A stretch of DNA of 62,924 nt, counting the filler, from Licmophora abbreviata (taxonomy: Eukaryota), in assembly GCA_900291995.1 (NCBI GenBank). It is 11 parts of 11 records of this genome, joined end to end, with 100 filler letters (N's around TTAATTAATTAA, not from the genome) between each part and the next. Parts side by side here need not be neighbours in the genome. Positions count along the whole stretch, not along the records: positions 44,612 to 51,116 come from OLMU01004805.1; positions 51,217 to 59,984 come from OLMU01004808.1; 9 more parts are not named here. One strand, given 5' to 3'. Below are positions 45,107 through 56,534 of the stretch, piece after piece. The translations under genes and the position numbers were made by a program. The stretch's first letter is position 1, and every line of letters starts with the position of its first letter. The notes under the pieces are model-generated. The model made no database searches. It had not been told where the DNA came from and was given only the letters and a program-made list of their open reading frames with translations.

Positions 45107-46422
45107 ATGACACTATCATTGATGAGCAAGATCTGGCTTGTTTGGGCGTTGATCGTCTTTGATTTCACAAGAAGAAACGACAGCGGAATCTTGACAACAG
45201 TTGACGCTGCCTTTGTTCCATTTCCATCTCCGAGTGCTCAAACGTACATGCACAGATCCACTTTTACCTCTTCTTCTTCTGCTACCACCGCTACCACCGC
45301 TACAACAACTACGTCTCTTTGGGCAGCTCCGCAGAGACTTTCTGAAAACACCGACGGCGTGGTATATGTCAACGATCGCTGCATCAATTGTGCGGCTTGC
45401 AGTAATTTCGCCCCCACTGTGTTTGGGCGCAGTCACGACGACGTCTCCCACATCGTTCACACCCAGCCTAACTACGAGAATGCACAAGAACTAGACGAGG
45501 CGCGTGCCGCACTCGCTGCCTGTCCCGTGGCGGCAATTCGAGTCGAAACGGAGGCACAGCGTCATCACAACAAACTGCCGTCTCTTACCAAAGAGGAGGT
45601 CGAACTAGCATCCCGCATGGCTCTGTCTCCCAAGCACAATCACCTCGATCTACCCTTTCCTCGACAGTTTTTCCATTACGAGAATATATTCTGGGTCGGA
45701 CACCACAATGAAGCTAGTTTTGGTGCGACACCCTATCTGCTCCGACTCAAGACTGGCGACTGGGTCATGGTGGACACGCCTCGATACAACAAGAGTTCCA
45801 TCGACGCGGTAAAGTCGAAAACGGGCAAGACTGGTCCCAAGTATCTGGTGTTGACGCATGTCGATGATACTGCCGACCACAATAAGTGGGTCGAACACTT
45901 TCCGTCCCTCAAGCGCGTGTTTCACTCCGGTGACTTGGGACGTCACAATTGGCTAGGGGATACGACACTGGAAGACGTGGAAATATTGCTGTCGACGAAT
46001 GACAATAGTGATGCCGATGATCATAATTCGCCTACGAACACACCCTTGCGAGCCTATACGCTGGACGGCACTGAACTCGCACCGGATCAAGTCAAGGATC
46101 ACGCTGCGGTCATCTTCACACGCCCGGGCACTCGCCCGGATCGATCAGTATGTGGTGTAGTGACGACGGTGTTCTATTTACAGGCGACACGTATTGTTAC
46201 ACGACCCGCACCCACACCATGTCGGGAATGCCGCGTTACGGGAACAATCTAAAGACGCAGAGCAAGACGCTGCAGAAGATAGTCGATCAAATACCATGGC
46301 GCACGATTGCACCAGGACATGGGCACCCACGCGACTATACCAATGAAGCAGACATGGAGCAAACTAAGCAGAGGGAACTTGAGGATGCGTTAAAGGAGCT
46401 ACAGAATCACCGAAAGTGGTAA
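45107..46422 (+). CDS. Ferredoxin-like (CxxCxxC...CP) + metallo-beta-lactamase-fold hydrolase, probably plastid-targeted; contains a frameshift near 46110-46118
   Basis: DAA-FVP leader; CINCAAC, ACPVAAI, LTHVDD.ADH and HSGD in frame 1; HTPGHSPGSI, LFTGD and PGHG in a shifted frame. Confidence 0.8.
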
Positions 46423-46514
46423 TGGCAATATACAGTAGAGAAAGAGATTTGTATAAGCACTATTGTTCATGATAAGAATACTACTGTTTTGTACTGTACT
46501 ACTAGGCGTTGTGG

Positions 46515-48428
46515 CTACACCAATTCGACCAGTTTCGTTCCCAATGGTCGATTGTCTAACTCATGACCGCTGCGCGATGCTACAGGATCCGTTTCGGGGC
46601 CAAAGTTACTGTCAATATCATACTTTCGATTACGAAACGGGTTCTTGAGTTTGCGTTGATGCTCTCGTATTCTTTGCAAGAACGCCTGCAGTCGCTTCCG
46701 ACTCCTCGGCTTGGCATAATCGGGAAGAGTTTCGGGCATGTAGAGAAGATAGAGGAAAAAGGGGAACAACGAAAGAACGCCGAGCGCCAGAAAGGCTGCA
46801 GGATACCCATAATCCTGCGCCAAGGCTTGACCGACATACCCGGAGACGGTACCGCCCAGGCACATGGCGGCCGTAGTGATTCCGAGCATGAGGGAGAAAC
46901 GACCGGAGGTGGCACTTATGTCATTCGTCACAAGAATGTGTAATGTACCGAAAATACCCATTCCCACCGAGTCCAAAAGTTGAGTCGACAAGATCAGGAG
47001 CTGTATAATGTCTAGCTCAGCCGCGTTGGCAAGCTTGTTCTGCGCTGTGACTAGACCAGTCAATAGAAAACATCGAGTTGACAAGGCAAACAGGCCAACG
47101 AGAACGAGCTTCTTACGCCCCCATACGGGCGAATAGTCACCACTTAGCTTTGCAAAAACAGCCATGAACCCCTGGGCTATCAGAATACACAGGCCTGACA
47201 ACAAGATTCCCGACTGAGAATCGCTTAGTGAGAGGCTTTGCATGACGAGCGGTAGCACCGATCCGTTCGCCGCATGAAAGAAGAATACAATAATCGAAAA
47301 CAGTATGAGTTTGGGATCCAGTAGGACATCCAAGGGAGTTCGAGCCCTCGGTTTGTATGGCAGGGTACTCCACCCAAACTTGAAACTTGGCATGGACGGG
47401 AAGCTTTTGCCGAGACCGGAGGCATTAAGCGAATCGTTTGCCTCCAAACTCTCAGTTGCGCCCAAATAGTCGCGTTCGCTTTCAAGGCTGGGGAGCGAGG
47501 AATTTCCTGATGAAACTTCGTCGCTAGATGTAGAAGGAGTTGTGCTCTGCTTCTCTGCAACCACATGGGGCGGAATGTAATGATCCGCCGGGACGCAAGA
47601 TGTCAGTACTCCACATCCACTGCCCGCTTCTAATGGTTCGCCTTTGTCCCATGCTGCCTCCTTCGCGGCATCGATCTCGTCATGCTCCGTCATGGTCGCC
47701 GAGGCGATGACTAGCCCTCTCGCCGCGTCGCGGTCGACATGTCGGGGTTGAATAAGACACAAGTGGTACCAAAAGCCAAAGGCCGCCAGTGGTGCGACGG
47801 CGAATAAATGTCCAAGATTAGGATATAAGAAATAAGCGACGAGCGATCCAATCGCTACAAACAAGGCAGTTCCAATATGATGCATCATGCGGTTCCTGGA
47901 CACTTGATGTGTAAATCCTGTGCTTCCGACGATACCCAAGGTGATACCATTGAAGCCAGGGGGCATAATGGAAGTTATTCCGCCTTGTAGGACTTTCAGA
48001 AAAATCATGAGTCCCATGTTGTCACCATTGGGGGAGGCAGTGATCGCTGTGGCGACAGTCAAGGCCGCCGTGGCAATGCCCGAGAACATGACCCAGTCAA
48101 TCTTGTGATTTGAGTAGTCGAGAAAGTATCCACTCGGTGCCATACAGAGAAATTGAGAGATTCCAAAGACAAAGAATAAGACTCCGACTTGTTTTTCTGA
48201 AAAGTTCTTGGCCGAGATGAGATACGCCGCTTGCATATTGAGCATCGGGAGGCCATCGCGAAGGTCGCCCATGAAGAAAGCTGCCTTGGGAAGAATTGGT
48301 CGGGCATCGGCAGCGCCCTCCCAGGTCACTTCCTCTTGAGGAGGAGCTCGTTGGCCATCCCTCTGGGTGAAGGAGACATGTGCTGCGGAAGCTGAGGGCG
48401 ACGCCGCTCCGTCCGTCTGGGCCATCAT
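46515..48428 (-). CDS. Major facilitator superfamily transporter
   Basis: Two bundles of hydrophobic helices separated by a long loop; GYFLD, WGRKK and SGRFSL. Confidence 0.88.
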   Translation of the reverse strand: MMAQTDGAASPSASAAHVSFTQRDGQRAPPQEEVTWEGAADARPILPKAAFFMGDLRDGLPMLNMQAAYLISAKNFSEKQVGVLFFVFGISQFLCMAPSGYFLDYSNHKIDWVMFSGIATAALTVATAITASPNGDNMGLMIFLKVLQGGITSIMPPGFNGITLGIVGSTGFTHQVSRNRMMHHIGTALFVAIGSLVAYFLYPNLGHLFAVAPLAAFGFWYHLCLIQPRHVDRDAARGLVIASATMTEHDEIDAAKEAAWDKGEPLEAGSGCGVLTSCVPADHYIPPHVVAEKQSTTPSTSSDEVSSGNSSLPSLESERDYLGATESLEANDSLNASGLGKSFPSMPSFKFGWSTLPYKPRARTPLDVLLDPKLILFSIIVFFFHAANGSVLPLVMQSLSLSDSQSGILLSGLCILIAQGFMAVFAKLSGDYSPVWGRKKLVLVGLFALSTRCFLLTGLVTAQNKLANAAELDIIQLLILSTQLLDSVGMGIFGTLHILVTNDISATSGRFSLMLGITTAAMCLGGTVSGYVGQALAQDYGYPAAFLALGVLSLFPFFLYLLYMPETLPDYAKPRSRKRLQAFLQRIREHQRKLKNPFRNRKYDIDSNFGPETDPVASRSGHELDNRPLGTKLVELV

Positions 48429-48694
48429 GGTCTCTAGCAGATCTGGTGTCACGCTTTTGTGCGAATTTTGTGGCGAAAGACTGCCGGTACTCGAGGGGTA
48501 TTTTCAATTTGGAAACCGTCAGTCGGATACTGGTAGAAATACTTATCTATATTTATTCCCTGATTACTATTAAAACGCCAGCCAGTCATCTTCAACGAAT
48601 AGAATGGGCTGATTCCAAATAGACCTCGTGATCAGCATGCGAGCTCGTCCCTCGTTCTGACATCCACAGAAAAAGAACATGCGGCGGGTTGACC

Positions 48695-49795
48695 ATGATG
48701 TGCCGACGGTATCGACCGAAAATCGTTTGTATCGCGGCCTTTGTCGGGGGGTTCTGCTTCAATAGGTCCACGAACGCCTTATTGACGGAATTTCCTCGTC
48801 AAAATGTCGCTCTATATCGAAACAAGAATGAAAGACGAATTTCTCCATGGACCCTCCCAAACACCAGGACGTTTCGAATGCAGCCACTGAGGGCGCTGCT
48901 CCCCTTGCCCGTCGATGAATTGGAACGTCTCTTGGTCACCGGGGTACCGACCTCTGCCCAGTATTCCACCTACTGGGGCCGTAACTCGCGTGAAAAGTAT
49001 GCCGCCATGTTGGAAAGCGCCATTGTCACGTTTCTGGGAGTCTTTATGAGCTACTTTCTGAGTTTTGTCTTGGGAGGATTCGTGGCCACGGTACTGGGAG
49101 CGCTCTGTGCCATGTGGACTATTCTATCGCCTGAGCTTAAGGCGTATACAAGAAACTGGGAGCTGAGAGGAGGTCGTGAACTCATTGATCCGTGGATGCA
49201 ACTGGACGGACCGGAAGACGAACAAGGCTTGTACGGCGGGCTCTTTCTGGGGCGAGTCGCCGATGTGTGTGTCGTGGAAGAAGCATCGGCAGTGGAGGAG
49301 TATGACCTGGACGAATTTCGAGATTACACCATGGAAACGGACGAGCTAGAACAACTGTTTGGAAATCCGTACTCGTTGCGAGTGAAGGTGGAAGACATGG
49401 ATGGGCGTCATTTGCAGGTGCATAGCCGTATGAGCGAAGAGTATCTCGATTTGATGCCGGGGCAGCCAGTGGCGGGGGTCTTGTTGAGCACCTCTAGAAA
49501 ATTTCGAAACTTGAATGCCTTGACGGATTTCTTTGTGCCAGACGCCGGCTGTTGGATTGGAGACTATCCGTATCTGGATCGCCCGGAAGTGGAACGACTT
49601 TTGGAAGAAGATGACGACATCTGGGATGAATTGCAGTCCGAGTCATTGTTCAGTGACGACGACGCGCCGTCGGGTAGCAGCAGCGATGGCTATGGCCGAT
49701 ACAGTGACTCGGATGGAAACGACGACGAGGGCGATGAAACGTCCTCTGATGCTCACTTGAAGGTACCAGTCAGACGACGGAGGACAAGACGATGA
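48695..49795 (+). CDS. Conserved uncharacterised membrane protein, probably plastid-targeted
   Basis: Bipartite-looking leader, TSAQYSTYWG, two TM helices and WIGDYPYL; resembles, from memory, a cyanobacterial/plastid protein family. Confidence 0.7.
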   Translation: MMCRRYRPKIVCIAAFVGGFCFNRSTNALLTEFPRQNVALYRNKNERRISPWTLPNTRTFRMQPLRALLPLPVDELERLLVTGVPTSAQYSTYWGRNSREKYAAMLESAIVTFLGVFMSYFLSFVLGGFVATVLGALCAMWTILSPELKAYTRNWELRGGRELIDPWMQLDGPEDEQGLYGGLFLGRVADVCVVEEASAVEEYDLDEFRDYTMETDELEQLFGNPYSLRVKVEDMDGRHLQVHSRMSEEYLDLMPGQPVAGVLLSTSRKFRNLNALTDFFVPDAGCWIGDYPYLDRPEVERLLEEDDDIWDELQSESLFSDDDAPSGSSSDGYGRYSDSDGNDDEGDETSSDAHLKVPVRRRRTRR

Positions 49796-49832
49796 AGAAT
49801 GGTGTAAGGCTCAAAATCCTTTCTACTACTAC

Positions 49833-51077
49833 CTACTTGATTTTATTTCTTTGTTCGTCCTTTTGTCTCTGGGCCACCTGCGCCATCAGATGAAGTCTTC
49901 GCTGCTGTTCTTCCAGGGCTGCGGCAGCGGCGAGAGGGGGAACACCGCCTTGCCACGGCGGGTGAGTGCCGAGGGTCCCGTGTTGAGCAGTACCAGCGTT
50001 TTGCAACGAAACCGAGGTACCGAGTAACATCGCAGGACTCATCATGCTGGCGGGCGACCCCAACCCACCTACTGGTGTAAGTCCATTGGTCGTGGCTTGG
50101 CCCCGAAGAAAGTTCCGCTGCTGTATGGCCGCTACCGCTTGTTGTTCTTTCTGCCGCTGATGGTGCAACAACAGGGACATCTGCAAAGCCCTCTTGTCCA
50201 AAAGTGGGTTTGAGTGGTCAACCGATCCCATCATACCAATATTCGCAAAGTCATTTGCATACGCTCCCATGCTCCCCCCTGCCAACTGATGTCCTGACTC
50301 CGCTACCAAACTATAGTTCGAGTTCTTCTTCCGCCGAATCTGCGATAGAAGCTCCTTTCGTCTCTTCTTGAAGCAAGGATGAAAATATCCTCCCCGTTCT
50401 ATTCCATCCAGAATACGTCTAAAGCCATACATGTTCAACTGCCGCTGGAACGATGCAATTCGGTTCGTCGCAAAGTACCGCGGCATGAGCTCCGAAACGA
50501 ACCGGTTGGAGTTGAGTACAGCAAAGGCGGCTCCACTCGGCAGAAACGATATGATATCTTGGTTTCCTTCTCTTTCTGAGTCATCGAGAATGCGGTAGAG
50601 CTTCTTCGGAAATGCCTCATTCAATATTTCCTTTTGTGAAGTGACTGCAGGGCTACCGGTATCGTCATCTTGTCCCTCGTCTCCCTCGTTGTCTTCTTCG
50701 TATTCTGACTCGGAACGAGCCTCATCGCTGTCCCTGCTAGACGCATGAGCTTTTTTATTCTCAGGAGATCCCGATGGTTGCCCGGCAGTGGTGTTATCAC
50801 CAGTTGTTGATCCTGTTAGATGGCTCGTCGTCGCGGAATCAGCATACCCTCCGCCATTCGTCTCGGTACGGGTGGTTGTAGACATAGCCTCTGGTCGCCG
50901 TGACGATCGATTGTGAGCCGCGAGAAGGTCGTGAGGTGTCCCCATAAGTCCGGCGTTCCATTGCGTGCGAGCGTCTTGGTCCTGTTGCAACATGAGCGCT
51001 TGCTGGAGGGTCAGACCCGGCGGCAAGGCCTGTAGGGATAGAGCCGCTGGTGACATTGCACTGCCAAGGGCAGCCAT
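49833..51077 (-). CDS. Heat-shock transcription factor (HSF DNA-binding domain); may extend 5' into the gap
   Basis: FPKKLYRIL, IISFLPSG.AF, MPRYF, SFQRQLNMYGF and YFHP.F. Confidence 0.92.
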   Translation of the reverse strand: MAALGSAMSPAALSLQALPPGLTLQQALMLQQDQDARTQWNAGLMGTPHDLLAAHNRSSRRPEAMSTTTRTETNGGGYADSATTSHLTGSTTGDNTTAGQPSGSPENKKAHASSRDSDEARSESEYEEDNEGDEGQDDDTGSPAVTSQKEILNEAFPKKLYRILDDSEREGNQDIISFLPSGAAFAVLNSNRFVSELMPRYFATNRIASFQRQLNMYGFRRILDGIERGGYFHPCFKKRRKELLSQIRRKKNSNYSLVAESGHQLAGGSMGAYANDFANIGMMGSVDHSNPLLDKRALQMSLLLHHQRQKEQQAVAAIQQRNFLRGQATTNGLTPVGGLGSPASMMSPAMLLGTSVSLQNAGTAQHGTLGTHPPWQGGVPPLAAAAALEEQQRRLHLMAQVAQRQKDEQRNKIK

Positions 51078-51116
51078 GGGACGAGTGAGAAGCCGGTTGT
51101 AGTTAAGCTGGTGGTG

Positions 51117-51216
51117 NNNNNNNNNNNNNNNNNNNNNNNNNNNNNNNNNNNNNNNNNNNNTTAATTAATTAANNNNNNNNNNNNNNNNNNNNNNNNNNNN
51201 NNNNNNNNNNNNNNNN
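51117..51216. other. Artificial scaffold spacer
   Basis: N44-TTAATTAATTAA-N44. Confidence 0.99.
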
Positions 51217-53228
51217 ATACTGGCATTCGAAGAATCGGACCACTGCTTCAGCTGTCCATTGAGGATATCGTGGAAAGAGCTCAACCTCTTGTCCAACTCG
51301 TTCGTTTGACGCACTGGAGGAAGCTCTTGTTTCACCATGAGCCACAACTGAACCATGGATATGATGGAAACATAAGGCTCGACACGACTCAACAAGTGAT
51401 CGACGTTGCACAGCTTGTCGTCCGAGTCGACACAATCGTTCATCATTTCATTCCAGAATGTCGCGAGATACTCCCAAAGGGCCGGTTCCGGTTGATCAGC
51501 CGTTGTAACCAACGGGCGCAGCAGATCTATCATTTTGGGAATAAGGCTGGGCTGAGGACAGTCTTCGACCAGTGTTTGCACCACTCGCACTTGCGACGAT
51601 GGCTTGTACTTGGCAAGTATCTGTTTCGCATATCCCATAATTTCAGCTGGCGAATCGAGCTGTGTCGAATACGACGAAGACGCGTGCTGATGGGGTGCCA
51701 CAGCCATCAAACGATTCATCAAGAGCTGCAGTACCCCAATCGGACTGCTCGGCAAACTTTGCTGGTCGAGTGTTTTGGAACAACCGTTCACGGTACTTAA
51801 GATTGACTCGAGCAACTCGACCGCCGCTTGTACACAAGCACTGGCACCGACACTACTGCTCTCCTCACTTTCCAACAACAAGACGCCAACATGGGGAAAC
51901 CACAAGTTCCAGATATACGTAGGCGACAATACCAAGGCTCGAAAAGAAAAGCCCGTCAAACTCATGTACGCGATGCCAACGCTGGACCATTCGGTACTCA
52001 TGCCACACACATTCTCATGCTGATCCGCATGTTGCGTCCACCACGACAAGTCACCCTTGTACTTTTGAAAAGCAAGCTGAGAGGTAGAAGAGTCTTCCGT
52101 AGTAGTACTCCTACGACTCGCGGCCTCGCGCCACGGCTGACACCATACCCACTTTTCGTAACGATACGAAATGACCGGCCCAATAGCCTTCAAGAAGGGC
52201 AGTGTACCGACAGCAGCAAGAGGAGATGGAGCTTCAGTCTTCTTGTTGTTGTTCTTCTTCATGGTGTACACGATGGATGAAGGCACCAACCGACTCGTAG
52301 TACCAACTACTCCCGCGAGCAAGGCTGTCCACGAGATAGTATCATTTTCATTCGCAGTGGGCAGTGCTTTCTGAACATGACGACAGGCGGGCAAGACAAA
52401 GTTCATCCACAAGTCAATGTCGTCGACTGAAAGACACGTGGTCGTCGTCATTTTGTCCGTGTCGTCGTCATTTTCAGTACTACTAGCACTTTCGTCCTCG
52501 TTCCTACTATTCATCGTCAAGACATGTTCTTGATACAATGCAATGGTTTCAAAGACAAGAGACTGCCAGCGCTTCCAGCGAGAAGTCAAGGTACTGGGTC
52601 GATTTCGCAAGGCGTAGACACAAAGGAGGAGGCAGACGTGTATGAATATGGAAGAAGAAGTAGTAGTAGAGGATGTGCCTGAAGTAGTAGTAGTCGTCGT
52701 CGCAGCAAACACAATGGCCTGCTTGACAGTGGCATGAAGATCGAGTGGCGACACGCTCTTACTAGCAAGTACCGATCGAATGGCCGAGAGTGTGTCCTTG
52801 GTGTATTGCAGTGTGGGACTGTCGAATTTACCACTGTTGTCGTTGTTGCGACGGTGTTGTTGTTTCGAAGGGTTCAACTGATTCCACAACCACGGCACGA
52901 CGACGGCGGCGACATTCGTAGTACTCGAAGCCTGCTGCTGCAAATCCTGTTGGGGTTGCTCGCTGAAAAACGCCAAGAGTTCCAATAAGGACCCCTCTGG
53001 ATCGTCCAAATCCACGTCTGGTGGCGGTGGAGTAGAAGCATCAGTATCAGTAGTAGTAGTCATTCTGATGCCTCCGCCGATGCGATCCTTTTCGTGATGG
53101 TGAGAAGAAGAATGAAGGCTGCTATTATTATTTCGGTTGCTTCGTTTCGTCGTCACTTCTGTTACAAGACTGCTACTGCTGCTGTCTTCCGTGGATGACA
53201 CTACAGTCTCAACAGACGACGAAATCAT
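51217..53228 (-). CDS. Large alpha-helical protein, possibly glomulin/ALF4/YBP1-like; 3'-truncated by gap
   Basis: Open frame of more than 670 codons. The family guess rests only on LVEDCPQPSLIPKMIDLLR. Confidence 0.6.
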
Positions 53229-53484
53229 TGCAACAAACACACTTCGACAACGCCACTGTGGTTTTAGTTTTAGTGAATTTGTTTGGAAAGTTTGGAAAAG
53301 GCGCGCGCTTTTCTCGCTAAGACTGAAAAATATCAAGATGACCCAGAAGAGTATCATTAATGACTTTCTGTGACATTCAGTCTGTCAGTCTGTATGTACG
53401 TCATGCGAGTTTGTATCTCTCTCGCCGGTGGCCTTTCATTTTTTGCTTTCCAAAACTGAAATTAAAAAATCACAACGACACACC

Positions 53485-54270
53485 ATGACATCAACGACGA
53501 TGGTTTCTTCCTCTACTGCTCCTTCTGCTGACAGTGGCAAGACTCAGCATCCTCCTGCTTGTCGTGGTCTTGTCACTACTGCGAAACAACGACGACCCAA
53601 TCGTCATCCAAGCAAACCCAAAATGACCAAGGAGGAGCGCCGGGAAAAGTACACGCAAATTGCACGACAACGACAGTACAAGAAGCGTCATCAGAGTACC
53701 GTTTGCTTTTGCTGTCGAGAGACAGGACATACTGCAAATGATTGTCCAAAACAAGGGGGGCGAACGAATAGTAATCATCAGCAAGAGATGAGTAGTAAGA
53801 GGAACAAGAAGAAGAGCGATGTCAAAACTCCTACCACTACTTCTCCTACTAGTTCAGCGCGCATCTGCTACAAGTGCGGCTCCACCGAACACTCCCTCTT
53901 TGCCTGTCCAAAGTACAGCAGCAGCAACAAATCTTCCCTCCCGTTTGCTACTTGCTTTGTCTGTGGCGAAATGGGACACTTGGCGTCGCAGTGCGACGCC
54001 AACACGCATGGACTCTACATCAATGGTGGACAGTGTCGTATTTGTGGTTCCAAGCGACACTTCGAAAAGGAGTGTCCTGAAGAAAAGAGGAAGAAAAAGA
54101 GGAAACAAAAGAATGATACTGACGACGAAGAGGAACAACAGATTCTGGAGGGATTGTTGGAAGGAGAACGCTCGACGGGTGCTGGTAGTAGTGGCAGCAC
54201 TACGCTCATATCCAAAGAACAACAAGAAGAGCGCAAGCAGAAGAAAAAGAAGCGCGTCGTCAACTTTTGA
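53485..54270 (+). CDS. ZCCHC9: CCHC zinc-knuckle protein (ZCCHC9-like)
   Basis: Four CX2CX4HX4C knuckles; LPFATCFVC and NTHGLYINGGQC; basic tail KKRVVNF. Confidence 0.85.
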   Translation: MTSTTMVSSSTAPSADSGKTQHPPACRGLVTTAKQRRPNRHPSKPKMTKEERREKYTQIARQRQYKKRHQSTVCFCCRETGHTANDCPKQGGRTNSNHQQEMSSKRNKKKSDVKTPTTTSPTSSARICYKCGSTEHSLFACPKYSSSNKSSLPFATCFVCGEMGHLASQCDANTHGLYINGGQCRICGSKRHFEKECPEEKRKKKRKQKNDTDDEEEQQILEGLLEGERSTGAGSSGSTTLISKEQQEERKQKKKKRVVNF

Positions 54271-54437
54271 AGGAGACAATGTCGCCACTGCAGATGACTT
54301 GAGAGGAAGAGATATGTTTCAAACAGATGCTTTCGTGGCACGCCAAAATTCAATTTTGAATTTGAACTCTGCAAACCTTGTCTTATCGTATCATCATTTC
54401 ACAAAGTTGAAAACAAACGAAACTGCTCCCCTTGTTG

Positions 54438-55538
54438 ATGTTGATCAATATGGTATTCCTTCTACACATGCACGACGCTACGCTCCTCCTCCTTCTCGTC
54501 GCAGTCCTTGTTGCCTACCAAGCTGCCGACGTATCGGCGACTCTGTCGTTCTCCGAAAACGGCATCACGGACGGTCCTCAAGAGCAAGTCATTCCTCTGT
54601 CCTCTCTTGTCCCAAATACTCGTTTAACTCTTCAAAATGGCTACTGTCGCTTGAGGGTGAAAGAGAATGGTAGTCTCCTTACCAAGCGGTGGATGCCTAC
54701 TGTGAGTCGCTACGTGCGCAACTGGCAAATGTCAACGACGACGACGAGCGATGATCCGTCGTCATCTTGGAAGGAGTGGATGAAGGGCATCATCCAGACG
54801 GCCATCACTCCTCCTCCCATACATAACGACGATGAAGCAATGGCAACATTGTCATTGTCATCGCAACACCACAAGCAAAAGACAGTGGATTGGCCGGATC
54901 CGTTGCATCTCTCCGCTTCTTCTAATATTACGGTGCAGTCTTGGCCAACACTCACTATGGATCGTGACTGCCGTTTGAGCTTGCGCGAAAGTAACGATGG
55001 GTCTATCCTTTGGCGCAGCATTCAAGACATTGCTGCTTTTCAGTCGACTGCTACAACAGTGCTCTTACGTCAAGGTGACATGATGGTTGGATACGACGAG
55101 TACTACTACATCAACGACGACGAGGACTGTGGAAGTTGTAGTACCAACTACTCCGTCAAGATTCCCTACACGTTGGAACTGCAAGCCCGTGATTGCCAAC
55201 TGGTACAATATGTGGGAGTGGACTTTGCCGACTTTGTCGTTCAAGGCACACGTCAGTACGTGTGGGTGGCATCCACGCACACCAGCAGCATGAGTAGCAC
55301 GACGCGTCGTCGTCGTGGCGATGTAATGTGCGAATTGCGTTTTCAGTCGGATGCCATTGTCTTGTGGAATGGCAATGAGGGTGAGGGCAGTAGTAGCAAT
55401 GGGGAAGTTGTGTGGAGTCTCAATGTGACCGAGGTGTGTCCTGCCTGTGTTGGAAAACAGCCAAACGGTGATGGTGGATACGGCCTACGTCTCGTTGCCA
55501 AGGGTGGTTTCATTCCCTACCGGTATGTCAAAAAGTAG
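54438..55538 (+). CDS. Secreted protein with degenerate bulb-type (mannose-binding) lectin-like repeats
   Basis: Signal peptide; repeated L-x-[LM]-[QD]-x-DC-x-L...[ILV]W motifs (LTMDRDCRL..ILW, LELQARDCQLVQY..VW, LRFQSD..VVW). Confidence 0.55.
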   Translation: MLINMVFLLHMHDATLLLLLVAVLVAYQAADVSATLSFSENGITDGPQEQVIPLSSLVPNTRLTLQNGYCRLRVKENGSLLTKRWMPTVSRYVRNWQMSTTTTSDDPSSSWKEWMKGIIQTAITPPPIHNDDEAMATLSLSSQHHKQKTVDWPDPLHLSASSNITVQSWPTLTMDRDCRLSLRESNDGSILWRSIQDIAAFQSTATTVLLRQGDMMVGYDEYYYINDDEDCGSCSTNYSVKIPYTLELQARDCQLVQYVGVDFADFVVQGTRQYVWVASTHTSSMSSTTRRRRGDVMCELRFQSDAIVLWNGNEGEGSSSNGEVVWSLNVTEVCPACVGKQPNGDGGYGLRLVAKGGFIPYRYVKK

Positions 55539-55711
55539 CAATGTACATGTTTGTGGTGTAGCAAGAGACCAGATAAGTTTAGTACAAGAACTTTGTGTGA
55601 ACTACTCTAGTCCGCATGATGGCAAACATCCCATCGAACCATCGCGTCACGTTTCTCCCTCCCGTCCACTGCATCCATGTCACTCTGCTTATAAGAATAG
55701 TTTTGCAGTAA

Positions 55712-56189
55712 TTACAATCCCAACTTGGTACGACGCCAGTGACGACGCTTGGAGTTGTATTTGACCTTGTTGTCCGTTCGCAGACGAATCCACTGCGGAA
55801 GAGGACGATTTTGTCGCTGCGCCTTGGCAAGCTTTCGTTTGGTACGGAATGTCTTTTGAGAAGGCTAAAGTAGATACAGAGAGCGACAAGACGAGTGTAA
55901 GTACATATAAAAGAGCGACACACCAAGATCGTCAAATGATGGCGACCTGTCAAAGATAGTGTCGTTTTGGCCTGTATTTCGTATAGCGCTCGCTTGTAGC
56001 CCGGTCGAAGCAAGGACGGACAGAGAGCTCCTCCAACAGCCCCATGATACAGTGCCGCTGTCGAGCTTTTTTTGGTTCCTTCCCATCATTCTTTGGACAT
56101 TCCTACATCTTCTCTTCTCCCACACGACGACCCCGTCTTGATCTTCCCAGTCGAGTCTAGCGAAAAGCTTTCAAGCGCCGACATACCAT
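55712..56189 (-). CDS. RPL39: 60S ribosomal protein eL39; ATG-only first exon, 322-bp intron
   Basis: ATG 56189-56187 | GTATGT...TTTAG (56186-55865) | [50 protein letters not shown], 51 aa in total. Not in the ORF track. Confidence 0.96.
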
Positions 56190-56534
56190 GGTGCGAATGT
56201 TGCTGCTCCCGTCGTGATGATGAAGTGATGCTGCGCGTGGACGCTGTGTGGATGACTTGGTGGTTTCTACTGCATGTATGTAGGATTCTACGTAACAAGT
56301 AACGAGTAAGAGTTTCAGAGAGCACGCAAAGTGCGCGAAAAACGAATGAGCCATGCCAGCCACCCATTGATTTGACCGGTGTTTTGGCGCGAAAGATCCC
56401 AGTCTCACAAATGAATTCGCTCTCAAGTTTGTTCTTTGCAACACAGACGAGAGTTCATACAAGAGTGTCGTGTTTTACTTGTTGCAATTGGCAAATACAC
56501 CTCTTTCTGTCTCTTTCTGGTCTTGAGACTGACA

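Noticed and set aside
53428..54270. CCHC knuckles as retroelement Gag
   Set aside because: Knuckle spacing and linkers fit ZCCHC9, and no pol gene follows.
53819..54673. 284-aa alternative-frame ORF overlapping ZCCHC9 and the next gene
   Set aside because: Non-ATG start and composition explained by the overlapping real frames.
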